Shown here: in pieces, positions 37,907 through 51,582 of the stretch | Layout of the letters: every line of letters begins with the position of its first letter | How positions within the stretch are numbered: the first letter of the stretch is position 1 | Source: Octopus vulgaris | Lineage: Eukaryota | Direction of reading: 5' to 3' | Length of the DNA stretch: 64,000 nucleotides | Assembly (NCBI GenBank): GCA_951406725.2 | Contig: OX597834.1 | Location: forward strand, 18,972,001 to 19,036,000 | Program-made: the position numbers and the translations under genes | The notes under the pieces: generated by a model | What the model saw: the letters and a program-made list of their open reading frames with translations, nothing else | What the model was told of the DNA's origin: nothing | Databases searched by the model: none

Positions 37907-38482
37907 TACATTTATATATGTATGTTGTTGATAAATCATAAATCCAATAAAGAAGTACACTCTATATTACAGAGCAGTAGAGTATATAAATAAAGATGGA
38001 TAATGGCCAGTCTATGGCCTGGGTTTTATGTCCATAACATGCTTAGCATCACAGTGTTTCTTGAGAACCTGAAACCCATTGGCTTATAGCCTCTCTTGCA
38101 AATGGCCTCTCAGAAGATGGAATAGCCTCTTGCTAGAGAGGCCATTGGCCAACGGGTTTTAGGATCTGAAGAAACGCTGTGATGCTAAGCACCTTATGGA
38201 AGTGAAACCCAGAGTATCCCTGTAGACAAGCCATATCTGTCCTTATCTACATATATATATATATATTTATGTGTGCATGTCTGTATTTGTCCCCCTGCCA
38301 TCACTTGACAACTGATGCTGGTGTGATTATGTCCCAGTAACTTAGCGGTTCGGTAAAAAGAGACCAATAGAAGTACTAGGCTAACAAAGAATAAGTCCTG
38401 GAGTTGATTTGTTTGACTAAAACCCTTCAAGGTGGTGCTCCAGCATGGCTGCAGTCAAATGACTGAAACAAGTAAAAGTAAA
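37687..38482 (+). mobile_element. SINE family A with a ~330-bp insertion in its central TA tract
   Basis: Head at 37687-37848, tail at 38270-38482. Confidence 0.9.
37983..38252. repeat. Fold-back element inside the SINE A microsatellite
   Basis: TCCATAACATGCTTAGCATCACAGTGTTTCTT...AAACCCATTGGC pairs with GCCAACGGGTTT...AAGAAACGCTGTGATGCTAAGCACCTTATGGA. Pairing extends outward imperfectly. Confidence 0.85.
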
Positions 38483-39049
38483 AATATACTTCTACAATAA
38501 ACAAAATCTTTTAACATTCTTTTATACAGTTCCTAATAATAATTAATTATTAAAAAATAAAATTGTGGGAATTTTTAAAACATCAAATGTCTATGAAGGT
38601 CCAGTAGAGTAAAATAAAAACTAAAGGGATCCATTGGCAAAAAAAGGGTTGAGAACCCCTGCCTTAGAATAAAACCCTCAGTAGCACCAGTCAAGTTTTA
38701 TACTCAGGTCAAATGTTGCACAACTTGCCCAAAATTGCCCTTGGTTCTAGTATATAAACTTCCTACTTCAAGGAAATCTAAATTAAACCCTTCTATCAAG
38801 ATTACATTTTAATTTAAGTTCCAAATGCCAGATTAGTAATGCATAAGTTATTTTCCTAAATTCTTTGTTATTTTCAAAATTAATTTAAGCACGAGCAGTG
38901 TATTTTATCAGAAACATGATGACAAAAGAGTTAAGGTCTCTTTAGAGCAAGACTACTGTAAAACAGCATCTTCATATCACTGTTGATGGATAGATGGATG
39001 GATGGCTGGCTGGCTGGCTGGCTGGCTGGCTGCTTGCTTGCTTGCTTGC

Positions 39050-39274
39050 TTAACCCTTTGCCTGTCCAAAGAATTTTCATTAGTTTATTCAAAACATCGA
39101 TGCATATTTTCAGACTTTTAGTTAGCTCTTGTTTCAATAAAGTTTTCCTTTCATAAGACCCAAGCTATCTTGGTGCTTGAAAAAACTGGGAATGTGTGTC
39201 ATAAATACTGCATGGAGACTAGAGACATGTGTTCTGTGTACCACATGCAATATATTACAGGACAAAGGGGTTAA
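39050..39274. mobile_element. TTAA-flanked MITE (piggyBac-type)
   Basis: TTAACCCTTTGCCTG...CAGGACAAAGGGGTTAA. Confidence 0.6.
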
Positions 39275-39539
39275 AAATCAACAGTTATGTTTAGTTTCTT
39301 CTTTTAAATTTTTGAAAATTATAATTTTTTTTGTAATGGTACTGTGGTGTTGGCGGAAGAAATTTTTAAATGTTGATGATGGCAGCTTTCTCTTTCCTAA
39401 TTCATTCCATAAACTTATTTCAAGGCCCATTCCCAGTTTGTACAATCTTTAACCAATCTTAATTTTATTGATGAGGTATATTAGAAGCTATTCTTACAAG
39501 TATATGTAATTTAAATAACACCAAAATCTTGTTATTGAA

Positions 39540-40400
39540 TTTTGATATCCTGAGTAGTCTTATCTATATTAAATTGCATTTTAGTTCTTGTTTATGGTGT
39601 TTTTGGTGCCATATACTTTGCTCCTTATATCTGATAACATGATAAATAAAACAAAACTGTGAACAGTCTTGTGGTACTCCATTTACTACAGATTTCATAC
39701 AAGTTATTTTTGAGATCATACCACAGAATAGAGGTTATATTGTCTTTAATCATACTGCTTAGTGTGAACCAATAAAGTTCTAAAAGTCCTTGTAATTCTA
39801 TAGATCGATTTGAAAGCATGTGAATAATCTCTTATTAAAACTTTTGCCATAGTTCTATGTTCAAATAAACCAAGTGGGCTGTGTCTGTTATGTCTCTTGT
39901 CTCTAGCTATTGGTCAGAACATGTTATGATATGTTACTTCTTCCAATGATATTTGGATATCATTAGTCATGTCTTTTTTCACAGCCAGAAACTATTTTCC
40001 ATGATAAAATAATATTCTCAAACAATTTGACATTTTCTGTAGCAAAAATTTATCCTCTTCAATAAACTTGCCTTTGGTGTGTGCTTCCACTTTATTTGCA
40101 ATCAGCTCATACATTCATAGCATGCATGTCTTTTGAAAACGGATTGGTGTTTGCATAAAGATTCTTTTAAAAATGTTATCCTGTCTCAATGCAGAGAGTC
40201 TTTTTCCACTTTTTTGCTTTTTTGTACTCCCAATATTTGGTCAAAGACTGACATTCAAAATTGTACTTTTTATGAACTGCAACTTAATCTTTACAAATAA
40301 GACACACGTTTTCCTTTTAATTTGATGTGAAAATAATTATCCGTTCCTTTTTAATCGAACAAAGACCTATAGCCAGCAATTCTCTTTCATTGTTAGAACT
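39540..40400 (-). pseudogene. hAT transposase relic (SPIN/Buster/GTF2IRD2-like N-terminal half)
   Basis: Minus-strand remnants TDNYF..LKGK.CLICKD*VAVHKKYNFE, HQSVFK, ELIANK....TKGKFIEE, ENVKLFENIILSWKIVS and DITDTAHL are colinear with this transposase family. Confidence 0.75.
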
Positions 40401-40790
40401 AGCCATTGAACCTAGCAATATTGATTTAAAATCTTTAATAAAAAATAGACAAATGAAGCACCAAATGTTAATTGACTGCAATAAGGGTGGGAATATTATT
40501 AGGCCATAAATTCTTATGTATTCCTACTCTTGATTAATGTTACAATAACAATGTTGTTGTTAACAGAAATTTGCTTATGCTTTATGGGTTTCAAAGCACG
40601 TTATATTAAGTTATGATAGTATTTTGTTATTAACCATTAATTTATTTTTCACTTATTTTATTTTTATATATTTTTTTATAATCTTCCCCAATTTTCAGTG
40701 AATTGCCAGGAAGCAGGAAACAGCTTCTAGTTTGAATACTGCTGAAATTTTGCTCATAGGGGAAGGATTCCCTACTACCATAGTCTAGAC

Positions 40791-41168
40791 CAGTGATTCT
40801 CAATGTGGAAATATGCTTCACTGGTGAGGCTTGGGAAAATTGTGGTGGGGTGTGGGGCCCAAAATCTTTTCTTTTTTTTCTTTTTTTTGTAGGGGGACAT
40901 GTAATTGTGAGAATCCTTTTTTCACAGCAAGCATACTACACCTATACTCAGCCTAGCCAAACCAATCCCTCCAGCCAAGCATCCTGTGTGAAAACTGGTT
41001 GTTACAGTATAGTGCTATTCTAATGCCTTAGTGTGGATATTTCTCTAAGGAACTTATTATAATTATAAAATTTTTAAAATAAAGTTATTTTTTCCAACCT
41101 GCTGATGGGGCATACATTTTTCTAGAGAGCTATAGTGGGGCCTGGGAAAAATAGGTTGGGAAAAACTG
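40791..41168. mobile_element. hAT-type MITE
   Basis: CAGTGATTCTCAA...GGTTGGGAAAAACTG with 8-bp TSD GTCTAGAC/GTCTAAAC. Confidence 0.8.
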
Positions 41169-42073
41169 GTCTAAACAATAATGTTTCTTTGCAAATTAGT
41201 TTGTTCCTGCCATTTGGACAAATATCCGAATGCATTTTCTCCTATTTTTTTTGTATTTGTTATATGCTTGTTTTATGGACCTACTATGTGTCTCTCTTAT
41301 GATCAGAGGCGGGTTGACCAAGTTGCCAGCATGCCCGATGGCAAGTGGGCTCCTTCACAATTAGAATCCATATATGGGGGCCCTTGTTAATATCTAAGGA
41401 GCCCATCTTCTCAAGTTTGAGAATTTTTAATTCACTCCTGGAAGAATGCATTAATTCTTTCAGCCTGGCTGTTTGTAGACAGTTGAAAAGAATACTTTTA
41501 ACAAATAAAGTGTACTGAGTGCTTTTTATGTGACACCAACACCAGTGCATTCTGTGTGGAACCAGCACCAGAGTTTTATATGACATCATCAACTGTGTTT
41601 TTTTACATGACACCATCATCAGTACTTTTGGGGTGTTAAGGAATGAGCTTTGTGTGCATAATAAATAATAAACTTATCTCTGAATTAATTGCTCAGGGTT
41701 CAAGAATAGAATGAAAGTAAACAAACTTCTAATTGTACCATTTTCAGAATTAGTAAGAATAATTAGCAATTTAAGCATTTAAATTAGTTTTATTTAGAGC
41801 ACCTGTTAGCTGACATAAATATACTGTAGAATCTTAATCTATTTAAAAATAACCCAACAAAAATAAGTCTCATTTGAGAGAGAATATGTTATCTTACTTA
41901 CTGAGGTTGTCCCATCTTATACAGCTCATTCAATTTCTACATATCTTCTCCAGTGGAAAATTCTATTATGAAAGAGAGATTTCTTAAAAGCTATGCCACT
42001 GTTGCAGTTACAATGTCGAAGACACACACATTAGCCATTCAAAAACACCCCAGAAACTGTTAAATTCATTTAA

Positions 42074-42293
42074 CTCTTTAGTGTTCAGATTGCTCCGTTA
42101 AATGTAATACTTTTTCACTCAAATTGTTTTTAATTAGTCATGCATTATCTTCTAGCTTTGAGGTTTCAATGATGTGATTGTTTAATTTTAGAATGACATT
42201 GTGGGGCAGGTGTGAGAGACCAGATCTGATCAGCTGGAACATAAAGCATGTAGAATATCTGGGCCAGATATGGCCAGTTTAAACACTAAAGGG
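42074..42293 (-). mobile_element. piggyBac-type MITE family H
   Basis: TTAA on both sides; reverse complement of 32982-33201. Confidence 0.85.
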
Positions 42294-44345
42294 TTAAATA
42301 TTTATTATTTTGTGCCAACATCTTTTCACACTAACTGTGACCTGGTTAATACAGCTCCACTGCAGCTCCTACTGTTAATTGTATAAATTAGTGGAAAAAC
42401 AGAAGTTCATTATAGACAATAAAATGTACTTATTCACTAAATGCCAGATTATTTTAAAGTAAATTAAGTGTTTCAAGGTGTTTTGTGCATATGGTGCCAG
42501 TAAACAGAAACTAAAAATTGATAATTGCTCTCAGTAAGCATAAGTTGTTTGTCTGGGAAATAAATCTGTTGTTGCTAACATTTCTCAAATGCAAGGTGTA
42601 ATTGGCAGAATCTTTCGAGTCTTGGATGAAGTATCTGCAGTATTTAATTATTGACCTTTATGTTCTAAGTTCAAATCCCACTGTCAACTTTGCTTTTCAT
42701 CCGACTGTAATTGGTTAAATAAGATACCAATGAAGTACTTGGATCTGTTTAATATTCATTCAATAAAGCATTCTAGATGTAAATGGAATTATGATAGAAG
42801 ACTCTGACTAAATGCAGTCAGTGTGCAGATAGCCTGAAGTATTGATAACTCAGTGTAAAAACTTAGCTGCTTAAATAGATTAAACTTGTTTATAAACATA
42901 ATTGGACTGAATACATCAACATCAGTTTATCGTTTAAAGTATCTTTTGAAGTTCTTTCATTTCACTGTTCGCATAGTAATGGATTAGGTAAGTTTATAAA
43001 GACTCTTAGGCAACCAGTTAAAATATTGAATAATTAACTCGAACATGGGAGAACTGGTGTAAGTCCAATTTGTCTTCCTGTTTAAAGATAATATTGTTAC
43101 GGTTTTACATAGATGTCTTCATCTGCAGTTGTCAGTCGCAAATTAGATATGGATGTTTGTAGCATGTAATGCAATGGCGAGGATGAAAGGATTTCAAAAG
43201 TATACGATATGGATGGTATCATGTAATAAAATGTCTGTCTGCCTGTAGATGATAAACTCAATAAAAGAAAACTGATTGAAAATGAACGCTTGGGTTATCT
43301 TGTTTTGGCATGTCCATTTAATGACCTATTCGGTGCCAAATTGTATTTGTATTAGTTTGAATAACTTAGCTACTGTCTTTGAATACAAAATAGTGATTTT
43401 CTTTATCTTTTAATATAAGGTATCCTTTCAGATTGTTTTTCCTTTAAAACAGTTAAAATACCTGCAGCTGGTTATACATGTACAATTATCATTATCATTA
43501 TTGACCACCAGATAAAATGTCTAACAGTACTTAGTTTGCTTTCTGAGTTCAAATCTCACTGAATTCACTTTGTCTTTCATCTCTTCATGTTTGAGAACTT
43601 AATGTACCTAAGAAGTCATGGGGTCCCTTTGACTGATTTGATCTCTTCTCCAAAATTCGAAACAATGTGTCTGTTGCTAGACATCAAAGTCATACAGTGA
43701 AGGATGACAATTAATTGAGTGTTAAGCAAAATAGCCAAACTCTATTATGTTTCTTTACATTCTACTTCAAACCCTGCCCAAAGTGACTCTGCTTCTCATT
43801 CTTCTTGAGTCGATAAAATAGGAATGAGACAGTTTACTGGAGTGGATTGGTTCTAAGATGCTTTCCCACAAAATTTATCCTGTTTTCATGTTAGAAAATT
43901 AATAATCATTGCACTTAGTATCTGAAAAGGCAGAGGTAGCAAATAAATACATTATCTCTGTCATTTATTACTCCTGACCATTGGGACTTATTTCAGTTTT
44001 CATCAGACCATTCTGGAGCATTCTGTTCTTTTGCTCTTTGTATACTTTTCAGTGGACAAAGGGTCCATCTGCTGCCAACACCCTTTGCATGGAAAGCTTG
44101 ATACATATTATAGCTGATGCTGATGTTGCCAAGACATTCACTGAGACTACATCACTTACTGCAATTCCTGGTTGTGGTTTCATTATTTGCAAAGCAAGTT
44201 CTCCCACTGTTCATCTCTTTAACAGAACTGTAGTGCTGAGTTTGGTGAAGACCAAGACTGGGTCCCTGGCATCTGAAATGTTGTCAGACACTCAGAGCAC
44301 TTGACCAATAGGCCAATAGGGGTAGCTATTGTCAGATGTATAGCT

Positions 44346-44474
44346 ATTCTTTTCTGCTTTAGGCACAAAGCCCGAAATTTTGTGGGAGGGAGACAGTCAA
44401 TTGGATCGACCCCAGTATGCATCCAGTACTTAATTTGTCGACCCCAAAAGGATGAAAGGCAAAGTTGACCTCGG
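44346..44474 (-). mobile_element. Family B variant, 3' fragment. Degenerate plus-strand copies at ~42602-42750 and 43500-43850
   Basis: GTCGACCCCAAAAGGATGAAAGGCAAAGTTGACCTCGG. Confidence 0.8.
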
Positions 44475-45636
44475 TAGCTGTTGTTAACACATATAAAAAG
44501 GGAAAAATGAAAATGATTGGGGGAAATATAAAATTAGGGTCTATGTTTTTTACAAATTTTTAAGAATATTTCAAACTTAACTTTAGGTTGTTGAACAAAT
44601 TTTCATTTTGTACAGCTAATAGCATAATAAATTTCGTTTTTAAATTTTATTTTTCTTGTTACCTTGTTGGTGTCATGCTATAACCATTTGTTTTTCCTTT
44701 TCATCATTATAAACCAAAGCATCCTAATATATCACATATCAGATCACATTATGAATTAACTTTACAACTTAGACTTTCTCAAAGCACGAATTGATTTATA
44801 GACTGACAAACTGCAGAGAGCAATCTGGAATCCCATAATAACTATTTCAAATAAATAAATAAATAAATAAATAGATAAATGAATAAATAAATGATGATGA
44901 TGATGATAAATAAACAGCATTAATTTTTTTTTTTTCCTGAACACAGAATAAATTTCTTTTGAGCTTTTATCTTTAAAACTTCAACTTCTCTGTTTATTGC
45001 TTTTTAAAATCCGAAACTTATTTACATTGTCAATTATAATGTTGATTACTGCCATAAATCTGATTTAAATATGTTAAATAAAGTTATTTGGGATAATCTT
45101 TCCGTTTGTGTTTCGAAATATTTTTGTCGAATTAGATAGTTGGGATTTACATGAATTTAATGTGCTGGAAGCTTTTCAACATGAAATGAATGAGTTACTA
45201 TTAAGAGATTTCAGCATTTCTTCAACCTGAACCTGTCAGTTATTTTTGTTTTGACAATTTTTAAATCTCTTGTTTCCCTAATCATATTTAGTAAATCCCC
45301 TTCTAATCCCAGTATCAAAAGAGATCAATTTATTACCAGTTGTATTTATGTTAATCTCTATACTGGTGAGAATTGGTTCCAGCACCGCTTGAATAATATA
45401 TTTCATTGCATCCTAAACTTAAAAAGAAGAAAGCAATAGTTTTCAAAATATAGTACCCCACCCCTGCCCCTGAATAAATGCTCATAAACAAGCATTGAGG
45501 AGGATATCTTTCTAGATGGTTACACCTAAATATATGAAAGCTGTGCTTTCTTTTTATATTGATTTTTCTTTTCAAATTATAAATAATTTTTGTTTTTAGG
45601 TTTTCCTGCTAGAATTGATATCTCTCTAAGGTTGCT

Positions 45637-45954
45637 TGTCTGTCTATCTATCTATCTATCTATCTGTCTGTCTATCTATCTATCTGTCTGTTTGTCTATC
45701 TATCTATCTATCTGTCTGTTTGTCTGTCTATCTGTCTGCTTGTCTGTCTGTCCAGTTAATCATCCATCCATCCATCCATCCATCCGTCCGTCCGTCCGTC
45801 CGTCCGTCCGTCCGTCCGTCTGTCTGTCTGCCTGTCTATCCATCTATCTGTCTGCCTATCTATCCATCTATCTGTCTATCCATCTATCTGTCTGCCTATC
45901 TATCCATCTATCTATCTATCTATCCTATCCATCTATCTGTCTGCCTATCTATCC

Positions 45955-45987
<33 letters not shown>

Positions 45988-46090
45988 CCCATCTATCTAT
46001 CTATTCAGCCATCCATCTACCCATCTATTCAGCCATCCATCCATCCATCTATCTATTCAGCCATCCATCCATCATTCATCCATCCATCCA
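45637..46090. repeat. Compound tetranucleotide microsatellite (TCTA/TCTG/TCCA/TCCG)
   Basis: Direct inspection. Confidence 0.97.
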
Positions 46091-46350
46091 GGGGAGTAAG
46101 TACTCAGTATCTGTAACAGAGTATATTTAATTTATTCATCTGAGCACTATGCTTCTTTAATTGCTTCTTAAAGTTTCCTTCCAATTACAATACTTCAGAT
46201 GGCAAAAGATTATTAAATGAATTCTACAATAAGCTGGCCTTATTCATTAATCTTACACAGCTACTTTCCTACACTAATTTATATATCTTGCTCAGATGTG
46301 GTTCCTTCACACAATGAACTCACAATTGAAAAGGGAGCAATATTTATTCA

Positions 46351-46571
46351 CTGGCAGAATTGTTAGCATGCTGGGTAAAATGCTTAGCAGTATTTCGTCT
46401 GTGTTACGTTCTGAGTTCAAATCCCACCAAGGTTGACTTTACCTTTCATCCTTTCAAGATGGATTAAATAAGTAGCAGTTTGGCACTGGGGTCGATGTAA
46501 TTGACTTAATGCCTTTGTCTGTCCTTGTTTGTCCCCACTATGTTTAACCCCCTGTGAGCAGTAATGAAATA
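46351..46571 (+). mobile_element. SINE family B
   Basis: CTGGCAGAATTGTTAGC...GTTCTGAGTTCAAATCCCACCAAGGTTGACTTTACCTTTCATCC. Confidence 0.9.
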
Positions 46572-46717
46572 AATATTTATTCACTTACTTTACAAAACTT
46601 TCTGATACCATCGAAGAAATTCTATGACAAACAGTTATCTTTTGTTGCCTGAGATATTGCATCTAACAAGAAACTCCGGATGATTAGCTGCAAATTAATA
46701 CATATTCTCTCTCTCTT

Positions 46718-46932
46718 TCTTTTACTCTTTTACTTGTTTCAGTCATTTGACTGCAGCCATGCTGGAGCACAGCCTTTAGTCAAGCAAATCGACCCCAGGA
46801 CTTATTCATTGTAAGCCTAGTACTTATTCTATCGGGCTCCTTTTACCGAACCGCTAAGTTACGGGGACGTAAACACATCAGCATTGGTTGTCAAGCGATG
46901 TTGGGGGGACAAACACAGACACGCAAACATAT

Positions 46933-46985
<53 letters not shown>

Positions 46986-47156
46986 CATATATACGACGGG
47001 CTTCTTTCAGTTTCCATCTACCAAATTCACTCACAAGGCTTTGGTCGGCCCGAGGCTATAGTAGAAGACACTTACCCAAGGTGCCACGCAGTGGGAATGA
47101 ACCCGGAACCATGTGATTGGTAAGCTAGCAACTTACCACACAGCCACTCCTACGCC
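46718..47156 (-). mobile_element. SINE family A, full length
   Basis: Reverse complement of the family A sequence. Confidence 0.95.
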
Positions 47157-47579
47157 TATATATAAATAAATAAATGAGTGTATGTATGAATGTAAGAGAG
47201 CACACACACACACACATATTCTTTCCTTTGCTCATTCATGACCTCCAAGAGCAATTTTGGAATGCAAAGCAAGACTGTATTCAGATCTTGGGTGGTTAAG
47301 GTGAGTAGGGTGAGAGATTGTCTGAAAATTGATATTTTTCCAGGTTGTAGTTTCCATTTCTTTGTAGAAAGAATATAGTTACGATAAAGTGTGAACAAAG
47401 CCGACAGTTTTTAATGTAAGATTATGAAAGCATAATTGAACATGATGGCTAATCTCTGGCTATCTGAAATATGACCACTGGTAAACTTTCATAAATACTT
47501 TATTCCCAGCGCACCAGAATGACCAGATAACAATATACTTTATATACAGAACAATGATAAGCCTAATCTGCTAATGAAA

Positions 47580-48305
47580 TGAGCTTTTCTGGTATTTTTT
47601 ATCTGCCAAATTTCTAATAACATTATCATAATCAATTTCTCTTGTAACACTTGATTCAATATTCAGTCTTGCTAAATCCTCAAGTTGACTTCATGACATG
47701 ATAGACCTAGAAATAAAAACAAAGAACAATTATATTTCAATATTGTAGACAATATTCTCAAACTAGCACAAAAACATAGAAATTGCTGACAGAAAGTTGA
47801 TAACCATTGGATAAATTTTATGATTTTAAAGGGCTTATATCTGGTTTTCCAAAATTTGGCTTTTGTATTGACAATAAACTGAGCATTTTTTGTTTCAAAA
47901 TCATCATCAATTAAAGTCAATGGGATTTTGGTGTGCTCACATTTTAATTTTCTTTTTATTTTTAATCTAATTAATTTTCATGCATCGTGGAATATTTTCA
48001 CAGGAAACCAAAATTTTCAACCAACTGCATTAACACATACAATTGATAGGTCTTTTCTGAAGACTGTCTCTTCTAGTGAATCATCTCTGTCAGACATTCC
48101 CCCCAGGTTGGCATCAGGTATTTTGTCTTTGTGCACCCTTCTTCATTTTCAGTTTAAGCCTGTCTGACCCAGGGAACATTTGATTTCCATCACAAGAGCT
48201 GGTGCCACTTCTTTGGGTTCATTCCCGATGCTTTTCCATTGCTTTTGTAACTTCGTCAAGTCTCCAAGAAGAATTTCACAATTAAGTACTTCCACATCCA
48301 ATGTA
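47580..48305 (-). pseudogene. hAT transposase relic, C-terminal half (ZMYM1/TTF-type-like dimerisation domain)
   Basis: Minus strand LDVEVLNCEILLGDLTKLQKQWKSIGNEPKEVA...EETVFRK and RSIMS*SQLEDLARLNIESSVTREIDYDNVIRNLADKK resemble the hAT C-terminal LRSTMSQERL..LA.LSIE.....IDFD..I..FA.KK. Confidence 0.75.
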
Positions 48306-48396
48306 AAATTTCTGGCTTAATTTAATTTATCTCAACACATATACACATATATATATACTGCAGCCAATACTTTATGCTAAACAGCTGACATTAAGT

Positions 48397-48432
<36 letters not shown>

Positions 48433-49257
48433 ACAATATTTTAGGTATGCTAATATTCCATTTCCTTCACTCTTTGTCTTGGCTGTTAAGCTCTGAAAGG
48501 TTTTGAAATTTTTACCAAATTTTTGCATCATTGTCTTATATTTGCCTCCTGAACTTGTTCAGAGGAAGACATGCTCTTCCAAAGTGTTAAATAAGTAATC
48601 ATTTCCTTGTGTTTATTGCTGCAATCTCTGAACTTTAGAAATTCTTCTCTCACCTTTGTATCTTATATCTTTCATCCTTTAAATTAATAGAGATATTGCA
48701 TAAGCCTGGATATTTTGAACTCTACCTTTCCAGCAATATATGTTGTTTTACGTATTACATGAAATATTAAAAACTACTGTTTTGGATTATAGTAGATTAT
48801 CTCCACTTGTGTAAAAAAACAAAACGTAAAGACCCCCTTTGGTCGTGAATGACCATGGGATGGCCCCTGTTCAGACAAAGTCGATTTGGTGGAGAGAGTG
48901 AACTTAGGTGTGTTATGAATATTTGATCACTATAGACAAATCATTTGCGCAGGTCATTTTGCAAACACTGAATGCTCATACATCAACTTCAATGGCAGAG
49001 TCCATCACACACACACACACACCTACACCCCCACCCCCCCCACCCCACACACACACATATAAAATTAGAAAAAAACACCTTTTATCAATTCAAAATGAAC
49101 AATTAACTTACGCCATCTGGAAAATTACATATAATAGAAAAATTAAAATTAAAATAATAAAATGTCAAAGATTAAGTAAATTTCTAAATTAAATTTTTTT
49201 TCCCTTGTAAGTTTGGATTTTATTCCCTCAAATAATGATTATATATATATATATATA

Positions 49258-49558
49258 GACAGAAACTGTCTATTTAGATAGAAAGAAACTGGAAGAAACC
49301 TGTTGTGTATATATATTTATAATTATGTGTGTGTGAGAGTGTGCGTCTTCATGTCTGTGTTTGTCCCTCACCACCACTTAACAACTGGTATTGGTGTGTT
49401 TATGTCCGCGTAACTTAGCGGTTCGGCAAAAGAGACTGATAGGATAAGTACCAGGCTTAAAAAGATAAGAACTGGGGTCAATTCAATTAAGTATAAATTC
49501 TTCAAGGTGGTTCCCCAGCATGGTTGCAGTCTAATGATTGAAACAAGTAAAGGTTAAA
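49258..49558 (+). mobile_element. SINE family A, 5'-truncated older copy
   Basis: GTAACTTAGCGGTTCGGCAAAAGAGAC...CAGCATGGTTGCAGTCTAATGATTGAAACAAGTAAA. Confidence 0.85.
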
Positions 49559-49629
49559 GAACATAAAACCAGAACATTTCACTTCGCCACTCAATAGAAT
49601 AAAGATTGATCAGGTAAATATTAGAATAA

Positions 49630-49995
49630 AATAAATACATAAGTTGATATGATCAGCCAGAGGATTTTGAAGGCAGAAGTAGACTATTGAATAGTAATTA
49701 GTGCTTCTCTGGTCACAGCTTTGATGCTATTGGCAAGTAATTAGAATGTTGCGAGGAAGAATCAGAAGACAAACCCTTCAAGCCAAGTCAACTGGTAGGA
49801 GACCTAGGGTTAGATGAAGAATGAGATGGTAAGGATAATATCCATAGTCTCAGTTAGTAATGCTTAGGAGTGCAGCTGAAAAGTCTAATGGTGGTTGCTT
49901 CTTATAGGATCCTATGGAAAAGGCACCTGAGGAGTCTATCCTCACAACTGTCGCAGGAAAAGTGAATGGAGAACATGGAAAAAGTGGTTGGATGA
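49630..49995 (+). pseudogene. RTE-type LINE 3' end fragment
   Basis: SQL*CYWQVIRMLRGRIRRQTLQAKSTGRRPRVR*RMRW*DNI matches the RTE C-terminal QLRW.GHV.RM...G.RPRGRPR.RW.D. Confidence 0.75.
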
Positions 49996-51014
49996 TCCTT
50001 TGATAGAAAATATATCACGAGGAAACATTCTCTAATACCTGGCTTCAATATATGACTGAGTCTCACCTGAAAATCTCTTGTAACTTTGAAACATATGTTA
50101 TTGAATATATTTGTGTCTAATTTTGCTACGACCCACTTACAAATTTCTTTAATTCACATCATCTACTTCTTCAAATATTCAATAGATATCCATCGTATTT
50201 GATAATGGTACTATTATATAACTTTATTTTCTCTGTGGCAATTCCATAGACTTAGGAAGCAGCTTCTAGACATTATCTTCATCACATAATAATACCCAAT
50301 CCCTCAGTCACACTGGAAAATTCCTCTTACTATTTCATGCTGACAACTTAGAAACTGCTAGATTTTATTTTCTAATTTTGTTTCTGGAAACTGTATCTGG
50401 CCTTGCTTGTTTCCTTGTCTCTTGATTCTCTTTATATATTCTTTATATATCTGTAGCATTTGTTAATGGTGTTAGCGATCATATATCTTTTGTTTAAGTG
50501 CTATGTGGCAATTTGTCAGGATGCACTTCAATTTACAATGCTTTCATTTGGAAAGCAAGACATTCTACAATATTGGAGTACTTCCAGGCTTTCATGTCAG
50601 CTAGTATTAACATGGCCTTGTAATAAAAACAAAACCTTGTAAGTAATGACAGATGAGAAAAATAAAAGGCATTTTGTCTGCTAACAGAATGCTCTGGTAT
50701 CTCTTAAAGAAACTATTCTACTCAACTTACAGCTTTTGTTTTGATGATATTTCCACTCGAAAGTGTTTGCCAATTCATTCATTTTCAAGTGAGAACAAGA
50801 TTTGATGTCAGTACTTTAAAGTACTCAAACTACATGTAACTGTCCAATTACTTTGATCTTTATTGCAGAATCGTTCTTTTCCTGATCTTATTTGCATGAC
50901 TTGTTGGGAGCTGCTGCACCTCATTGATCCCATGATTAGAAGTTCAAATCTTGATTTAGCTATTGCAGTTGTTCCCTGAGTAAAGCTAAAAACCCAGCTA
51001 CCTTTAGTTTGCAT

Positions 51015-51582
51015 TCATCCCCCTTTTCAAGCCTAACCAGGCTCATGGTCCCGGTTTCCCAGTTTCTGTGGTGTATGTGTTCCCCCCAGCTGGACAGGAC
51101 GCCAGTCCATCACAGAAATAAATGCACCCTTTTAAAACCTAGCCAGGCTCATGGGCCCGGTTTCCCAGTTTCTCTTGTGTATGTGTTCCCCCCAGCTGGA
51201 CGGGATGCCAGTCCATCATAGGAATAAATGCACCCTTCTCAAGCCTAGCCAAGCTCATGGACCTGGTTTCCCAGTTTCTGTTGTGTATGTGTTCCCCCCA
51301 GCTGGACAGGATGCTAGTCCATCACAGAAATAAATGCACCCTTTTAAAGCCTAGCCGGGCTCATGGGCCCGGTTTCCCAGGATTCAATGGCGTATGTGTT
51401 CCCCAGCTGGATGGGATGCCAGTCCATCGCAGCGTTACTCATTTTTGCCAGCTGAGTGGACTGGAGCAACGTGAAATAAAGTGTTTTGCTCAAGAACACA
51501 ACGCGTCACTCGGTCCAGGAATCGAAACCACAATCTTACGATCATGATGCTGACACCCTAACCACTAAGCCACGTGCCTCCA
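51015..51582 (-). mobile_element. tRNA-derived SINE family E with its 3' ~107-bp module present four times, inside one 13-bp TSD
   Basis: Head GGAGGCACGTGGCTTAGTGG...GGTTTCGATTCC, core GTGTTCTTGAGCAAAACACTT and GCGATGGACTGGCATCCCATCCAG. TSD CTTTAGTTTGCAT at 51002-51014 and 51583-51595. Confidence 0.92.

Larger units (their letters stand above)
37608..38661. mobile_element. hAT-type MITE hosting a nested SINE A and fold-back
   Basis: CACTGGCTCTCAA...GGTTGAGAACCCCTG termini with imperfect 8-bp TSD CCTCCGAA/CCTTAGAA. Confidence 0.7.

Noticed and set aside
42960-43070. Plus-strand donor-like sites TAG|GTAAGT and AACATGGGAGAACTGGT|GTAAGT
   Set aside because: No open downstream exon found; compatible with chance
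43981-44304. 107-aa non-repetitive ORF with an acceptor-like site at 44052
   Set aside because: No recognisable domain or donor. The opposite strand faintly resembles a decayed Tc1 transposase N-terminus, but neither reading is supportable
51015-51430. Regular ~107-bp repeats resembling a CRISPR array
   Set aside because: The units are contiguous with no unique spacers, are a SINE tail, and there are no cas genes in this eukaryotic DNA
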